Source of the DNA: Octopus vulgaris
Taxonomy: Eukaryota
Reading direction: 5' to 3'
Length of the DNA: 64,000 nt
Assembly (NCBI GenBank): GCA_951406725.2
Contig: OX597817.1
Coordinates: 88,536,001 to 88,600,000, forward strand
Under the pieces are notes generated by a model. It was not told where the DNA came from and did no database searches. It worked only from the letters and a program-made list of their open reading frames with translations. The position numbers and the translations under genes are program-made. Below, one piece after another: positions 1 through 13,951 of the stretch. Position 1 is the stretch's first letter. Each line of letters opens with the position of its first letter.

Positions 1-890
1 TATCTTGTATTTCCCAACTTGTTCAGTTTCCAGGCTTCTATTCTACTCAGATCTTATCTTAAAGTCTTCACTTTATTTTGTAGTGTTCTTTTCCACATTT
101 GCTCTTTTTTAATCTTTCCCTGCAAGATATCTAACCTTCTAGTGACTACTGCCCCTCCTACATAAATCAATAAGTTAGTGTCTCCTATATTTTTAGTATC
201 TATCCTACTGACAACAGAATCTACTTTCCTAGTCATTTCTGTCAGCCTCCTTCTGTTGGTGCCTTTTAATGCTGACAATCTTTTTCATACTCCTTAACTC
301 ATTACTTCCTGCAACTCATCCGATATCTTCTCATCTTCCTCACTTAAATCACTTAAGTCACTGGTGCTAGTTGTCCCTTCCTTATTGATAGTACAATTAT
401 TATTTTTTCCCTTAGGTTCTTGTTTGGTTTGAGCTATATCACTTATGTTGTTGTTTGTCTTTCCTACTTCCTGGTCTTTCTTTTCCAGTTCTTATGTGAT
501 ATCTTCTACCTCCAATCCTATCATCCACTTTCTTCTCTTAATAGCATTAGCGTGATCTAATAATCTCTGCTGTATCACTTTAAACATACCCTTCTCTACT
601 CAAAGTGTTAACATCCATTTTCTATAGCCCCTTCTTTTAGGTTCACTTTCTAAGTAGCATTGTATCACTATCCTGTCTTTTTTTTCTGGTCCATTTCCTC
701 CTCCTTGCTCTATTATCTGCTGATGCTGTATTATGATAACAGCTGTAGTCAGTCTACATCTTTACTGAACCACTGCTGAGCGAGAGGCCTTTCCTGAAAG
801 GTCTAGCTTCATTTTCACTGTTACAACCGAGTTTATTCGGAAACTCTTGTCTCTCATAAACTGAGGTAAGGTAACGTTTGTCACCAACAT
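1..890 (-). mobile_element. 5' part of a degenerate R4/Dong-type (RLE) non-LTR retrotransposon, continuing off the window edge
   Basis: Minus-strand remnants read like the N-terminal region of R4/Dong ORFs (..CYLESEPKRRGYRK..; TNLLIYVGGAVV..KKEQMWKRTLQNKVKTLR); many stops. Confidence 0.6.
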
Positions 891-904
891 CATCACCACT
901 ATTA

Positions 905-3370
905 TTTTTCAACACCTGATAGTTTCAGGCAATTTTCTATTGTATCATTTGTTGCACCTTTGTGCTGGTGGGGTAGTGTGTGCTGCATATTTTTGCAAGG
1001 GTGGGGTGATATTGTATTGTATCAGTATGTTTTGCTATGGAGTTTGGTTTGAGTCTTCTATTGTATTAGTTTTTGTACTGTGTGTTTATTATTATTATTC
1101 TTATTATGAAAGCCTCTTATGATAGTTCTTAATTACAGGTTATTCTTTACCTGAAAGCAGGCAACAACAAATCACCAAAGGTTTCAATTAGTGCCTTCTC
1201 CTGTGACTCAAAGAGACAATACTGTCCTTAGAATGTGAGCTGTACCCAACAGTGCTGTCTTCTGGATCACTTCGAGCCTTACAGTAGCTCCAATATTCTT
1301 AATATGTTTTTCAAAGCCCTTGGAAACTTTTCCTAATGCTCTAATTACCATCGGTATCACCATTACTTTCCTATCTTGTCCCACAGTAGCTGATATTTCT
1401 CAATCTTTTCTGTTTCCTTATCTCTCACCCTCGAATCATCTGGTACTGCAACACCTACTATCTTTACTGCTTTCTCATCTTTATGGATGAGCACAATATC
1501 TGGTCGCCTCTATGACTAGGTCACACTGCATGTTAAAATCCCAGAGTATTTTGTAATGTTCATTTTCCATTACTCCTTCTGGCTTGTATTTATACCATTG
1601 TTTGGCTCTCTTGGGATTTGCTTTACCTCACAACAGTGAGTGGACATATCTGGCCACATTGTTGTGTCTCCTTTTATATTCGTGTTGTCTGAGCTTACAG
1701 CACTCACTAACATTATGGTTCATACTTTCTCCCTTCTCAGAGCACATCCTACACTGTGGTGAGCCAGTGCTTTTATCAATGTGATATTTGGAGTAGTTTG
1801 TTCTGAGAGCTTGTTCTTGAGCACTGCACACTAATGCCTCAATGGGCCCTTTTAAGTCTCCTTTCTGCAGCCATTGCCAGGTCCTATTCCAATCAATCTC
1901 ATCTTTATTCTTCAAGAACTGACTGCGCATTTTCTTGTCCTGCCAAATTTTCTTCATCTGCTCTCTCTGGTCTTTCTTAAATTGTATTGGATCTATGGCT
2001 TCATTCACTTTTAAGGTTCCCTGCATTTTCACTGCTTCAATTATTCCTTCTTTACTCTCCTTGACATATCAATCCAGGTTATTCTCCTCTTCTCTTACAC
2101 AACCTTCACAACACACTATTCTTCGTCCTCCTTCTTTCCTCTTTACATACAATATCGACACATCACTCTTAGAGTGTAGTTCCTTGTTCATTGTTATTAA
2201 TTTACATGTTCTCCTGTCTATCTCTTGTCATTCATGCTTCTTCCAAGATACTATTTCTACCCCATATCTCATCAAAGCAACAGCCCATGTGTTAATTGCT
2301 CTAATCTTATAGCGACCATTTAGCTTCAACTGGAGCACAAGCCAAGTTCTCAAATACTCTTTCTTGTACATTTCTTTCATCTTGTGTTCATTCATCTTAT
2401 CTCTTTCAATGATACCCAGGTGTTTATATCCTTCCTTCATAGTTTCACCACCTTCCAGCTTGATCCCATGGCTTTTACTGATTTTTCCCCTTTTGAGAAT
2501 CATTACACCACATTTCTCAATCCCAAATTCCATGCCAATATCTTTGCTAATCCTCTACACATTTGCCATCAAACTCTCAGTTTCTTTCTCAGTCTTAGTG
2601 GATAGCTTTAGGTCATCCATAAACCACATGTTGTTTACTTTCACCCTGCCTAGCATGTACCCCAAGCGCATCTTTCTTAAAACATTCGTTAGCGACAGTA
2701 TACAGACAACAAATAGGAGAGGTGATAGACTGTCCCCTTGGAAGATTAGATTCCTCTTTTGATATTTACCTCTCCCAGTTTATCTCCCCATGCTATGAGT
2801 TCAGTTTGCAACATTGTCATTGAGTTTTGTATTAGCTTCAGGATATTGTGTGAGACCTTAAGCAGTTTAAAGCATTCAATAATCCGTGGGTGTGGAACCA
2901 TGTTATATGCTTTCCTGTAGTCCACCCATGCCATCACCAAATTTTTGTGTCTCTTCTTGCAATCAGCCAGGATTGTCTTATCGATTAGTAATTGATCCTT
3001 TGTTCCTCTGCTCTTACGTCACCCTTCTTGTTCCACTGGTAGTAGATTGTTCTCATCTAGAGATGCTGTTTGATATAATGCCTGTCATCAGTTTCCACAT
3101 CAGTGGCAAACAAGATATTGGTCAGGAATTTCCAACAACATTCCCTTTACTTGGGGCCTTCTGGCATAATACCATTCTTCCTTTTGTCACCCAGGCCAGT
3201 ACTTGAATGTCACTATTCAGTATTTCGTCTAGCTGTCTCACAATTCTCCTGTGCAGTGCTGTCAAGTTTTTAAACCAAAAGCCCTGAACCTCATCTGGGC
3301 CAAGCACTTTCCAGTTAGGAATTTTCCTGCACTAATCTCTACTCATCCTCTTGGTTATTCTCAATTCCTC
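905..3370 (-). mobile_element. Degenerate R4/Dong-type RLE LINE (RT, CCHC, restriction-like endonuclease, 3' UTR)
   Basis: ORF pieces [53 protein letters not shown]; frameshifted. Confidence 0.9.
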
Positions 3371-3371
3371 C

Positions 3372-5416
3372 TGTCATGTATGGGAAATAAAAAGAGAACA
3401 GTCCTCTCCAGCTGACGTTAGTATCCAGCTCTGGAATCTCATTCCCCCTACAAAATACCAACACACCTGTTCTGTCTCTTTGAAGCTTAAGCCCCATTGG
3501 CTCCAGTGGCTTTGCAATCAGCCTGAATTTCTTCAGATGTCTCACAACCTCTGTGATCATTGTTGCCATGATCTTTGGCACAGAACTCAGCCCGAAACCC
3601 AACCTTGTCAGACAATGTGTCCGTCCTTTGTATTGCACCAGCTGGTACTGCCACAGTCTGTCACTCACATGGAGCTGCAAATATGCCGACTTCAAGTTGG
3701 CGATCATTGTGCCTTAGTTAACTGTCTCCATATGTGCAGCATCTCATTGCAGACGTTGGTCACCTTTCCACCTGTGTGACACGATACATGGCCATTCATC
3801 TCCCAAAAGTCCAGTACCGGTCTGACTTTGCCCTTTGTTGGCTGTACCACTGCCATTAGAGGTAGCACTCCACTCACCACCTCCTCCTTCCATGGGATAA
3901 GGACACCTCCCTTACTCCACCTCTCTACCTCTTCTTCAAACTCGCTCCTGGCATATCCTTTCAGGGTCTGCTGGTAGCAGCTCACCCTGTTCTTCAGCAT
4001 CAGGGGCTCCCCTTCCCATCGCAACTCTATCATCCACTGCTGACCATCGAATGCCACCTGAAAATCCTTGTCTTCAATGGTGTAGGCAGTGCAGCTCCTC
4101 ACGGAGCACTGCTCCCACTCACATTCCTGACTCATGACACACGACGCCCCCACAGTACTAAACGAAACCACGTCTCCCTCAACACTGACACCTCCAAGGC
4201 AGTTGATCACATCCATCCCCATTATCATATCAATCCCATCTACCACGTGGTTGATTACGATCACCTGCAGCCTTAGCATTGTACCTCACACCACTATCTC
4301 CACATTGCTGCTACCCTTGCATTTGATTTTGCTGCCATCAGCTGACTGAACACTACTTGTCTCCTTCCATTTCTTTGTCACAAGAGTCGTTGTGCAGCCT
4401 GTGCCTATGAGGACCTTGAACGTGTTTTCTCTGACCATGACCTCAACCACAGACAGCGACTTCACCAACACCTCTACTCGTTCACTGGGGAAGTTTGAGA
4501 GGCAGCAACTTCCCTGTGGCTTTTTCCCAGGGCACAATTTTGGGTGATATGCCCAATCTGTTTGCACTGGTAGCAAACCATTCCTGGCTCCACACAGTCC
4601 CTTGCCATGTGCAGTCACTGGCACTTAAAACACTAGCCTGTGAATGGCTGCTGTCATTCCACAGCAGGCCTCTTTTCGTCTTTCACCGGCTGTCATGGGC
4701 TTTTGCAGCTACCATCACCACTGCCTTCTGCCCAGTGTTTTGTATCAATATATGGGCTTGAATGATAAGCTCACTCATTGCCATTTTTTTTGCCGCCTGG
4801 CAATTGTTGTACTGACATGTCATCAGGAAAAGCCATTCATAAAAGCCAGTCATGCTACCTTCTCCAGTCCCACTCCAGTGAGACCAGACGGCATAACCAG
4901 CCTCCTTACCTCCACAGCATATTCATCAACCTGTTCCTCTGTCCATCTGACTGTTCCTAGCTTAGCAAAAGTGGTGTACTCTCCATCTCCCAAGTGCTGT
5001 TCGATCTTTGCCACACTCAGTTGTTCTTCATTCATTTCGAAGTACAGTGCCAGTGCACTCCCCTCTAACTACAGTGCCATGAGGCTTGCTACATCTTCAA
5101 TGCCTTGCAGCCTGGCCACAACTTTGACCTTTCAAATCCAGGTTATTACGTCTCCTTCACCATAGAAATGTCTGATGACATCACTGGCGATCCTTATCTT
5201 TGCTACCATCGTATATCAAGGGGACAATAATGTCTGTATACGGTTGCTGAAATAGCTTGTCATGCATGGGAAATGAAAAGAGGTTCACTACTTTCCTCTC
5301 TCGTCTTCACCTGTCTAGTAGTAATCTCTCTGGTGATCCTGCTCTACCCCTGTCACCCAGTTTAACCAGATGCTATCTGACCAACCTGAGAGTGAATTCC
5401 CTGATGTCTGTTCACA
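3372..5416 (-). mobile_element. Internally deleted Ty3/gypsy-like LTR retrotransposon (gag, protease, RT)
   Basis: Decayed protease motif KVLIGTGCTTTLV; RT KGKVRPVLDF, NLKSAYLQ, RLGFGLSS; LTR-end sequence tgtcatg(c/t)atgggaaat(g/a)aaaag at both 3372 and 5258. Right boundary uncertain. Confidence 0.8.
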
Positions 5417-5624
5417 ATGTCTCTGGAGGGCAAGAAGAGGCCAACCCCTCACCTCTCCCCCTACTCCACTTCCCCTCTTGTGCTTCCTCTTCCTGTCAGT
5501 CCCTTGACTATTGATGTCATGAACCTTTTCTTCCATCTCATCCCCGCACATCCTGGTATTGTTGTTGTTGTTATTATTATTATTATTATTATATTATTAT
5601 TATTATTGATGATGATGATGATGA

Positions 5625-7640
5625 TGATGTTTGATTTTGCTTTGTATTTGTACAAGTTGGTTCCAAGTCTCACCCAGAGACCTCAAGAGACAACAAGTTA
5701 GAAGTTCATGTTGGTGTTATGCCTAGGGTGTCATATATTTGGTTTTGCACATAGTAATGTTCTAGAGAATGTTTAAGAACACATAAGAAAATTATAAATT
5801 TGTTTTAAAATTTGATATTACATAGACAGTATTTTATGTAGGATAATGGTAGTTCTGATGAGCACTATCTTTTGAATTTCTGCCATTTTGGGGTTCCTGG
5901 TATCTGAGCTAGGTAGCAATCAGCCCCTTTTGCTATCATTCCTAGTCTACCTATGACAACAGGTGTTGTTTTAGTCTTGAGGTTCCACATTTTACCAATT
6001 TCTGTTTCAAGATCTTTATACTTGCTCAGTATTTGGTAGGTCATGACAGATACATTTATATCAATTGGGACACTCATATCAATGAGGAGACGTGATTTTT
6101 GACTGAAGTCTTCCAATATAATGTCTGGCCTATTTGCATCTGTCTTTCTATCAGTTTGAATTGTGAAGTTCCAGAGGAGTGAGATGTGATCATTTTCAAG
6201 CACTGGAGGTGGTGTGTGTTCTCACCATGTTTTTGCAAATTACCCAGTGAATATATTGTGCTGCTCTATCATGTCTGTTGAGAAACTCTGAAGGCACAAG
6301 AAGACTGCACGGGGAGATAACACAATCAATGGGTTCCTTTTGTTGTTGACATTCATGACATGTTGGGCAGCTATCATTCTTTAATATGTTGGCCTGGTAG
6401 TTTCTTGTAGGTAGGCATTGATCTTGGGCTGCTATGATAAATCTTTCTGTTTCTGATTTTAAGCCAGAAGCCGCTGACCATTGATGGGTAAGGGCTTTGT
6501 CAACATTGGCACTATTAGGTTTTTCTTGCCATTTATCATTAAGAATATCTAAAGCAGCAGTTTTGGCATGGGTTTTCATACGCTTAGCTTTTTCTGTGCT
6601 TGTTTCTAGTACATCTAATTCTGGAATTTGTTGTATCTGGAATTCACGTAGATATTCCTTTGCCTGTTTTGTTACTGAGTATGATGCTTTCTTGTTTTCA
6701 GCTTTGAGACAAGTTTTAACATCCAGTCGTCAGAGTTTTTCAGGTAGGTATCTAGGCTGATTGTGGCAATCATCATTGTTAATTCCAGTTGTAAAAGTCC
6801 ATGGCCTCCTTCTTTTCTTGGTAGATAAATTTGTCTTATATCTGATTTAGGGTGGTGCATTCTATGATTTGTCAATAATTTCCATATTTTTCTGTCAAGA
6901 TTTCATATTTCAGTAACTGACCAGTTAATGATATTGAAACTGTAAGTCACAACTAGTATGGCTAAAGTATTGATTGCTTTGATCCTGTTTCATGCACTCA
7001 GCTCTGTCTTGAGTATTGCCCTTATCCTGCGATAACATTCTCTTCCGATTGTTTCCCTCATCACTGAATGTTTGATTCTGTCCCCTTCAAATACACCTAG
7101 TTATTTGTAGCTCTCAACTGGTTCTAATTCCTTTATGACATTTTGCGGGTCAATATTAACATTAGATGTTTCTGTCATTTTTCTTTTGATAAAGGTAGCT
7201 TTTGCACATTTATCAAAGCCAAATTGCATCCCTGATGTCATCACTGAATTGTTTAACAATTGCTAATAAGCCCTGTAGTTGTTGGTCATTTTTTGCAAAG
7301 AGCTTTAAATCATCCATATAAATGAGATGATTTATATTTTTATCATACATTTTATAACTGTATTGTACATCATTGAGCAATTTCCAGAGAGGTATTAAAG
7401 CTAGACAAAAGAGGAGTGGTGATAAAGAGTCACCCTAGCAAATGCCACATGAAATTCTTACATCTCCAGCATTAAGAGATTCATTGTCACTGTTCAAAGT
7501 CAGTGTAGTTCTCCATGATCTCATACTTACAGACAAGAATTTTTGCAAAGTAGGAGCTATTTTATACATTTCCAGACATTTCTTAATCCAGCTATGTGGT
7601 AGACTATCAAAAGCATTTTTAGGCTATTGACAAGTTTTAT
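5625..7640 (-). mobile_element. 5'-truncated R4/Dong-type RLE LINE, flanked by (ATT/GAT)n and (GTT)n tracts
   Basis: HRMHHPKSDIRQIYLPRKEGG, CPTC..C, LLWNFTIQTDRK..ANRPDII..LLIDM; same family as 16590-18450. Confidence 0.9.
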
Positions 7641-8171
7641 TATTATTGTTGTTGTTGTTGTTTTTGTTGTTATTGTTGTTGTTGTTGCTGCTGCTGCTGC
7701 TGCTGCTGTTGTTGTTGTTGTTTTTGTTGTTGTTGTTGTTGTTTTGATAGTTTCAGGCAAATTTCTACTCCATCCCCTGCAACAACTTCTGCTGCTGGGG
7801 TGTGTGCAGCATTGTGTGTTCTTGTTCCTTTTTTTTATTGGTGTGGGAGTACTCTATTGTACTCTGAGAGGCCCCTGCTGAGTGCAGGAGATTCGGTATC
7901 TTGGACATCCAGGGGAGTCTTCCCATTTATCCCATTATTTGGATTAGCATTAGTTATCATCATTGTAATGAATGAGAATGATTTTCTGCAGGGTTTGCTC
8001 CCTGGGTGTATTTAGTTGAGATTTTCATGTAAAGGGTCACCCCAAATACAACACCAACTGTAACTTAGTTGCTAGCTAAAGCTAGGGACACCAAATTTGC
8101 CTTGTATAACTTGCCACAGGACTCCCACAGATGCAGAGGTTACACCAGTCTATTATTATTATTATTATTAT

Positions 8172-8202
<31 letters not shown>

Positions 8203-8355
8203 TCAAAGAAGGTTGTGAGCATGCAGAACTGTAAGCATACTGGACAAAATGCTTAGTGACATTTCATCTCTCTTTATATTCTGAATTCAAATTTTGTTGC
8301 GGTTGACTTTACATTTCATCCTTTTGGGATCAATAAATAAGTACCAGTTGAACAC

Positions 8356-9098
8356 AAATGCCCCTGTGGAGCTGTAGTAAATGAATTCAGCCTGTACCCA
8401 TTATACCCATTATCATGCTACCATAGCATGAGCTGGTCATCCAGACATGCAGCTCTGAATGATATCATCAGAAGGGGCCTCGATGTGGCTGGGTTTCCCA
8501 CCACAACTGGAGCCAGCAAGTCTCGACTGCAAGGATAGTAAGTACCTCAATGGAATAACCCTCTTCCCATACAAGGGAGGTAAATCCCTAATCTGGGATG
8601 CAATATGCTGTAACATATTTTCTCAGTTTCCAACTTTACATTTGCCTCAAATCCAGGTGTTACCACCCGCAATGCAGAAAAGATAACTGAGTACTGGAGT
8701 TCAGCCAGCCACTATCTATTTACACCAGCCACCATTGAAGCTTTGAATGTTCTTGGACCCTGCATTGATGATTTCATCCATAAAATCAACCTCATAAGGC
8801 TGATGCAGTGAGTGCCGCTGACCATACACTATGGCAATGCCTTTGCTTTGCTATTATGTCTGTGGAGTGCAGCTACCCACACCTTTTGGACTGAAGTGTA
8901 CAGCTTGTAACTCCTTCCTCTTTCTGTTCCTTTCATTGCTTAATTTCCCCTTTGTCTTTCTTTGTTCCTTGTTGAACTGATTTTAGGTTTGCTGTTTTGG
9001 TGGTTGATTTCTGATCTCATATTTTTATAAAATGAAAGATCACCTTAAATTTTTTATAATTTGATCATTTATACTTTCAAGGTAAAATGAAATATAAT
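8356..9098 (+). mobile_element. 3' fragment of a CRE-clade RLE retrotransposon inserted into a SINE
   Basis: Decayed EP.GL.R.DGKRPDG.TL.PW..GK.L.WD motif (LEPASLDCKDSKYLNGITLFPYKGGKSLIWDA); flanked by gttgaacac/gttgagcac; host SINE halves at ~8205-8355 and 9099-9172. Confidence 0.65.
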
Positions 9099-9423
9099 GT
9101 TGAGCACTAGGGTTGATGTAATTGACTTTCCTTTCCCCTAAAAAATTGCTGGTCTTTTGCCAAAGTTTGAAGCCATCATCATCATCATCATCATCATCAT
9201 TATTGTTATTATTATTATCAAGGTGGGATTAATCATTGTTAGATGACCTTTACATCAGATAATTTACCTTTTTATTTGGATTATACACATTGATACAGTT
9301 AGATAAAAAAAATAGGTTTCTTCTCATAATATTTCATAAGATATGAGTTGGAAGAATTTCAAATTATATTTTCATTTTCTTTTCCTTTCTGAAATATTTG
9401 AAAACTTTCATCAATTTCATAAG

Positions 9424-9519
9424 TCAACAATGAGGCTGAATCTTTTGTTAAGGATGAAGATAGCAGTGTTGGATTAGTTTATTGTTCAATAGCGTCCAGC
9501 CGTCAAGGAAATAAGGAAG
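9424..9519 (+). CDS. CFAP54: CFAP54 exon, 96 nt, phase 1-1 (NNEAESFVKDEDSSVGLVYCSIASSRQGNKE)
   Basis: Acceptor tttcataag|, strong donor GAAG|gtaagt; open frame compatible with the next exon. Confidence 0.7.
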
Positions 9520-9619
9520 GTAAGTGAATTCTAAGAAATTTTAGTCTTTCATTAAATCTTTTAGAAATTATAATTGTAATGTTGCTAGATATATTTCATA
9601 TTCTTTTATTATTTTATTA

Positions 9620-9995
9620 GTTTACTTGTTTCAGTCATTTGACTGTGGTTATGCTGGAGCACCACCTTGAGGGGTTTTAGTCAAACAAATTGATGCCAGG
9701 ACTTATTATTTAAGCCTAATACTAATTCTATCTGTCTCTTTTGCTGAACTACTAAGTTACAGGGACATAAACACACCAATACCGGTTGTCAAGCATGATG
9801 GTGGGGACAAACACAAACACACATAGATATATACATATATATATGACATGCTTCTTTCAGTTTCCGTCTACTAAGTCCACTCACAAGGCTTTGGTTGGCC
9901 CAAGGCTACAATGGAAGACACTTACCCAAGGTGCCATACAGTGGGACTGAACCTGGATGTAGTTGGGAAGCAAGCGTTTTACTGCACAGACCGTG
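9620..9995 (-). mobile_element. Two adjacent SINEs (octopus-type tRNA-derived families)
   Basis: Same sequences recur at 25375-25560, 46296-47380, 53390-53760 and 63135-63490. Confidence 0.8.
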
Positions 9996-10617
9996 CCTAT
10001 TCACACCTGTTTCTATCCACACCTGTGTCTATCCACATCTGCACTTATCCATGCCTGTGCCACTATTTTAATAGATCTTATATAAATGATGGAATGATGA
10101 AATCATGTTTTATGAAGCATGTTTTATTGCTGTTAGTCTTTTGACTTTAACAGAAAAAAATAGTATTTGATCTTGAATTCTCAACATTCATGAATAATTT
10201 TGATAATACTAACTCTAGGGATGTTTGTGTGTTACCAAAATATCTCAGAAATAGTATATTTTATCTTAATTTTTTTTACATATTTATTTTCATATTTACT
10301 TTCAGCAGTACAGTATAACTTTTTGTGACATTTGGACCTCTATTTAAGTGATTAAATACAATTTTTGTTATTTTTTGATGAAAAAGTACATGGCTTCCAT
10401 GACATCAACACATATACAGAATACACACACATATAATGGCTTGTCAATCAACACAAACACACGTTCACTATCTGTGACATGTACACACAAATTGTCTTTG
10501 TACTCTCTAAGGAGGGGGAAAAAAAGCTTTGACTTTTTGACGTACACAATATTTTAATCATTTAGAAATATTTTTAACTGAATGTGATTTCATCATTCGG
10601 AGTTCGTTAATTTCTGT

Positions 10618-10975
10618 AAAAATTTTATACCTATTTACTTTTGTTTTAAAATGAAAGAGAGGACAAAGTGAAAGATGTATGTTCGTGTATATGAAATAGA
10701 TGTGTGTGTGTGAAAGAGAGAGCGAGAGAGAGAAAGAGAGGAAGAGAGAGAAAGAGAGAGAAAGAGAGAGGAAGAGAGAGAAAGAGAGGAAGAGAGAGAG
10801 AAAATAGAGAGTGAGAGTGAAGGGATGTATTGTCATATATACATACATACATCAATACATATGCCTACATCTTTTTTTGTAAGTATGTGTGCATGTGTGT
10901 GTGAGACTGAGAGAGAGAGAGGGTGTGTGTGAGTGACTGAACATGTGTTCTCATGTATAGGTATGAGGCACACTT

Positions 10976-11006
<31 letters not shown>

Positions 11007-11097
11007 TCTATTTCATATACATGTTCATACATCTTTCACTTTCTTCCCACTTTCACTTTAAAACAAAAGTAACAGATGATTTTCAGGATAAAAATTG
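10618..11097. repeat. Foldback/MITE-like element with ~100-bp inverted arms around a GA/GT microsatellite core
   Basis: ttacttttgttttaaa..aaagtgaaagatgtatg..tgtatatgaaatagatgtgtgtgtg is reverse-complemented at ~10980-11075. Confidence 0.75.
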
Positions 11098-11519
11098 TTA
11101 AAAAAAGGCTTCTACTCATGTAAACTGATTACTATTGTTTGGATCGTTCCAATTAAATAAGTTCAGAAGTTAGGTTAAATATATGTACATGCATAAGTAC
11201 CGTGAATACCCATTCTACAAACTGGCAAACATTTCCATGAATACTTTATTAGGTAAGGCTGGGTAGTAAGTCTAGTAAGCAACTAAAAATTATCATTTGC
11301 TTGCCTTTACACTACTTAGATATATGGGTCACAATTCCCCATATCTAGAACTAAATTGCTTGTCACTCAATATTCCTGATATGTCTGAGTGAAAGCTATT
11401 TGCATGCAATCCCTTTACAAACCTGCTCACTGATTCTTGCTTTTCTCATTATATTTGACTCCTTCAAGATCTTCTACCTCAAAATTGCATTCCTCTAAAA
11501 CCCCTTCTGTTTTCATTAG

Positions 11520-11750
11520 TGGAGATGCATGGCTTAGTGGTTATGTTATTGGACTCATGATTGTAAGATTGTAGTTTTGATTCCTGGACCAGGTGATATG
11601 TTGTGCTCTTGAGCAAAACAATACATTTCATGTTGCTCCAGTCCACTAAGCTGGCAAAAATGAGTAATCCTGCAATGGACTGGCATCTCATCCAGGTGGG
11701 GAATATATACACCATGAAACAGGAAAACCAGCCCTTATGATTCAAGAAGG
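11520..11750 (+). mobile_element. tRNA-derived SINE
   Basis: A-box-like tggcttagtggtt and B-box-like ttgattcctgg; near-identical copy at 20675-20860, related copy at 42920-43240. Confidence 0.8.
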
Positions 11751-12554
11751 TAACTTTACCTTTACTTTACCTTCTGCCTTCATTACACTTTTCTCCTTGA
11801 CCAATCACTTGAAAAAATTCAATTTGAATATGGCTGGAACTTTGTCTAGATCTTCAAAGTGCTTCTTCCATGATTCAATCCTCTCTTGTTGACTATGAGC
11901 CTTCAGTCTGCAAATATTTCACTTCTTCCTTCAACTGATTTCATTTACTGCCTTTCATGCTGCTGCTAATTTCTTGTTATCAGCTACAAGAAGCACTGCA
12001 TAATGTGTGGTTGCTTGTTGGGCAGTTGCAATGAGGTACTGATTAGATGATCCAATAGGTGCAGAGACAGTAGTGAATTTAGTAGGGGTTACATTTTGAG
12101 ACACTTGGGGGTGTCTGGAGTGTGAGTAGAAGAGTGTGTGTAAAGAGTTGACGAAAGTAAAGGATTCATCTTCCACACCAGCACCATCTTTTAATATCCA
12201 TCTTCCATTAGAGGATCGAGTCTGAGGACTTTGTGTTCCAGTGTCTACTTCGGCAGGGTCTCTGCAGTGATACCCTTCTTAATGCTGATGACTTATATGG
12301 TGTAATGGGTGCATTTTTTTATGGCACCAGCACTACTGATGTCATTATACAGCTCACAAGATTAAAATCCCATTTGATTGAATGGGGCAACAGTGAAGAG
12401 AGAGGCTGCTTTATGTGAAGAGATGAGAGATTAGTGTATGAAAGAAGGGGCCAGAACATGATGTAGAAAGATTTATGAAAGACTTTTGGCCAATACAACT
12501 TGTCTAAATAAGTACATAAATTTATGTTTCAGTGTCTAATTATAGATACATATA

Positions 12555-12901
12555 CACCATGTGATCAAAAGTATCCAGACACCCACCTGATAATGAAGTA
12601 CAAGTTTGGGCCAACCTCCATCAGGAACACTGGCAGTCACTACAGTGTTGGCCCACCCTTAGCTTTGATGACAGCCTCCACTCTTGCAGGCATACTTTCA
12701 ATCAGGTGGTGAAAGGTTTCAACACTTGACAGTCTCTAGGGGCTAACATGGGAGGTCGGCCAGAATTCTGCTGCCTAGCACTGTCTGCCAGCTACTAAGA
12801 TCTCTGAGCATGTGTTCTGCATAGTAAATAGTAGTATTGTGGCAGCCTCTATGGTAAACACACGTTTCACAGCGTGTCCGGATACTTTTAATCATATAGT
12901 G
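12555..12901. mobile_element. Non-autonomous Tc1-like DNA transposon (~347 bp)
   Basis: TIRs caccatgtgatcaaaagtatccagacac / gtgtccggatacttttaatcatatagtg, with TA on both sides. Confidence 0.85.
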
Positions 12902-13824
12902 TAATTGTGAATATTTGCAAAGGGAGAAATAGGAATTTAATTACACGTTCTGGTTAAGAAACATGTGTGCTGGTGCCACATTCATTCTGGTACCATGTTT
13001 TGTACTGGTGCTATGCTAAAAGCACTGTGCTGATTCCACAAAAACAAAGCACCCAATATACACTGTAAAGTGGTTGGTGTTAGGAAGGGCATCCAGCCAT
13101 AGAAACCATGCCAGAATAGACAGTAGAGTATGGTGTGGGCCCCTGGCCTTACCAGTTCCAGTCAAACTGTCCAACCCATGCCAGGATGGAAAACAGACAT
13201 TAGATAGTGATGATGTTGGTGAGGATGATGATGGTGATGATGAGGAGGAGCAGGAGCAGGAGGAGGGGGAGGATGACATACTGTTGTGAAAGTATTCTGA
13301 CCACCCACATATGACTAAAATCGGACTGACACATTGCTATAAAATAAAGAACTGTCAGCAATTCAGGAAGCAGTTTGCTATGAGCCGTTGGCAGAGAGCA
13401 TTTAACCTCATGTAACAGTAACATTAGTGCGTTGTGTAAATACTTCTTTCCCCCTGCTTTGTTAAATTACATATCTAACTCCAGAATATAAAACATACCG
13501 ACCATATGTTTGATGGTCTGAGAGAAATATGTGCATTCACCCTTACTACTGACCAAGCCTCCTTTCTACTGAATCTTTTAATTTAATATTACAATGTGTA
13601 ACAAGGTTTGTTAAGCAATATTTACCACATATCATGTTATTTTCATTTCTCTGGGTGTTGGTAATTAAATTATCAAATTTTTCAATTGCCTGGGACAAAA
13701 TATAGCTATTTAACTTACAAACCCTATTTCTGTGCATTTTTCTATTTGTTGTTAATTATCGTTTACCATAAAGATATTTGGTTAATAGGCTTTTTTTGTT
13801 TTTGTTTTTTTTTGTTTTTTACAG

Positions 13825-13951
13825 CAAGCAAACACAAAAAGAAAATGAGTTATCATGAGTTCCTAATCCGTGTCCTCCACCAAGCCATTCATGAAAGAGA
13901 ATATGCTTCTATTGAAAGTCTTTGTGATGAGTTGCATAATTTTTATGGCAG
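13825..13951 (+). CDS. CFAP54: CFAP54 exon, 127 nt, phase 1-2 (ASKHKKKMSYHEFLIRVLHQAIHEREYASIESLCDELHNFYGR)
   Basis: Long polypyrimidine tract plus acag| acceptor, CAG|gtaaaa donor; bridges the phase-1 and phase-2 neighbours exactly. Confidence 0.85.

Noticed and set aside
5417-7881. Short ORFs with poly-I/M/V/T/A or YIYI/HTHT runs, here and throughout the window
   Set aside because: Translations of microsatellites or antisense frames of transposons.
11520-11600. tRNA genes at SINE heads (also 20675, 42920, 46296)
   Set aside because: Only A/B-box remnants; no cloverleaf, and each continues into a SINE body.
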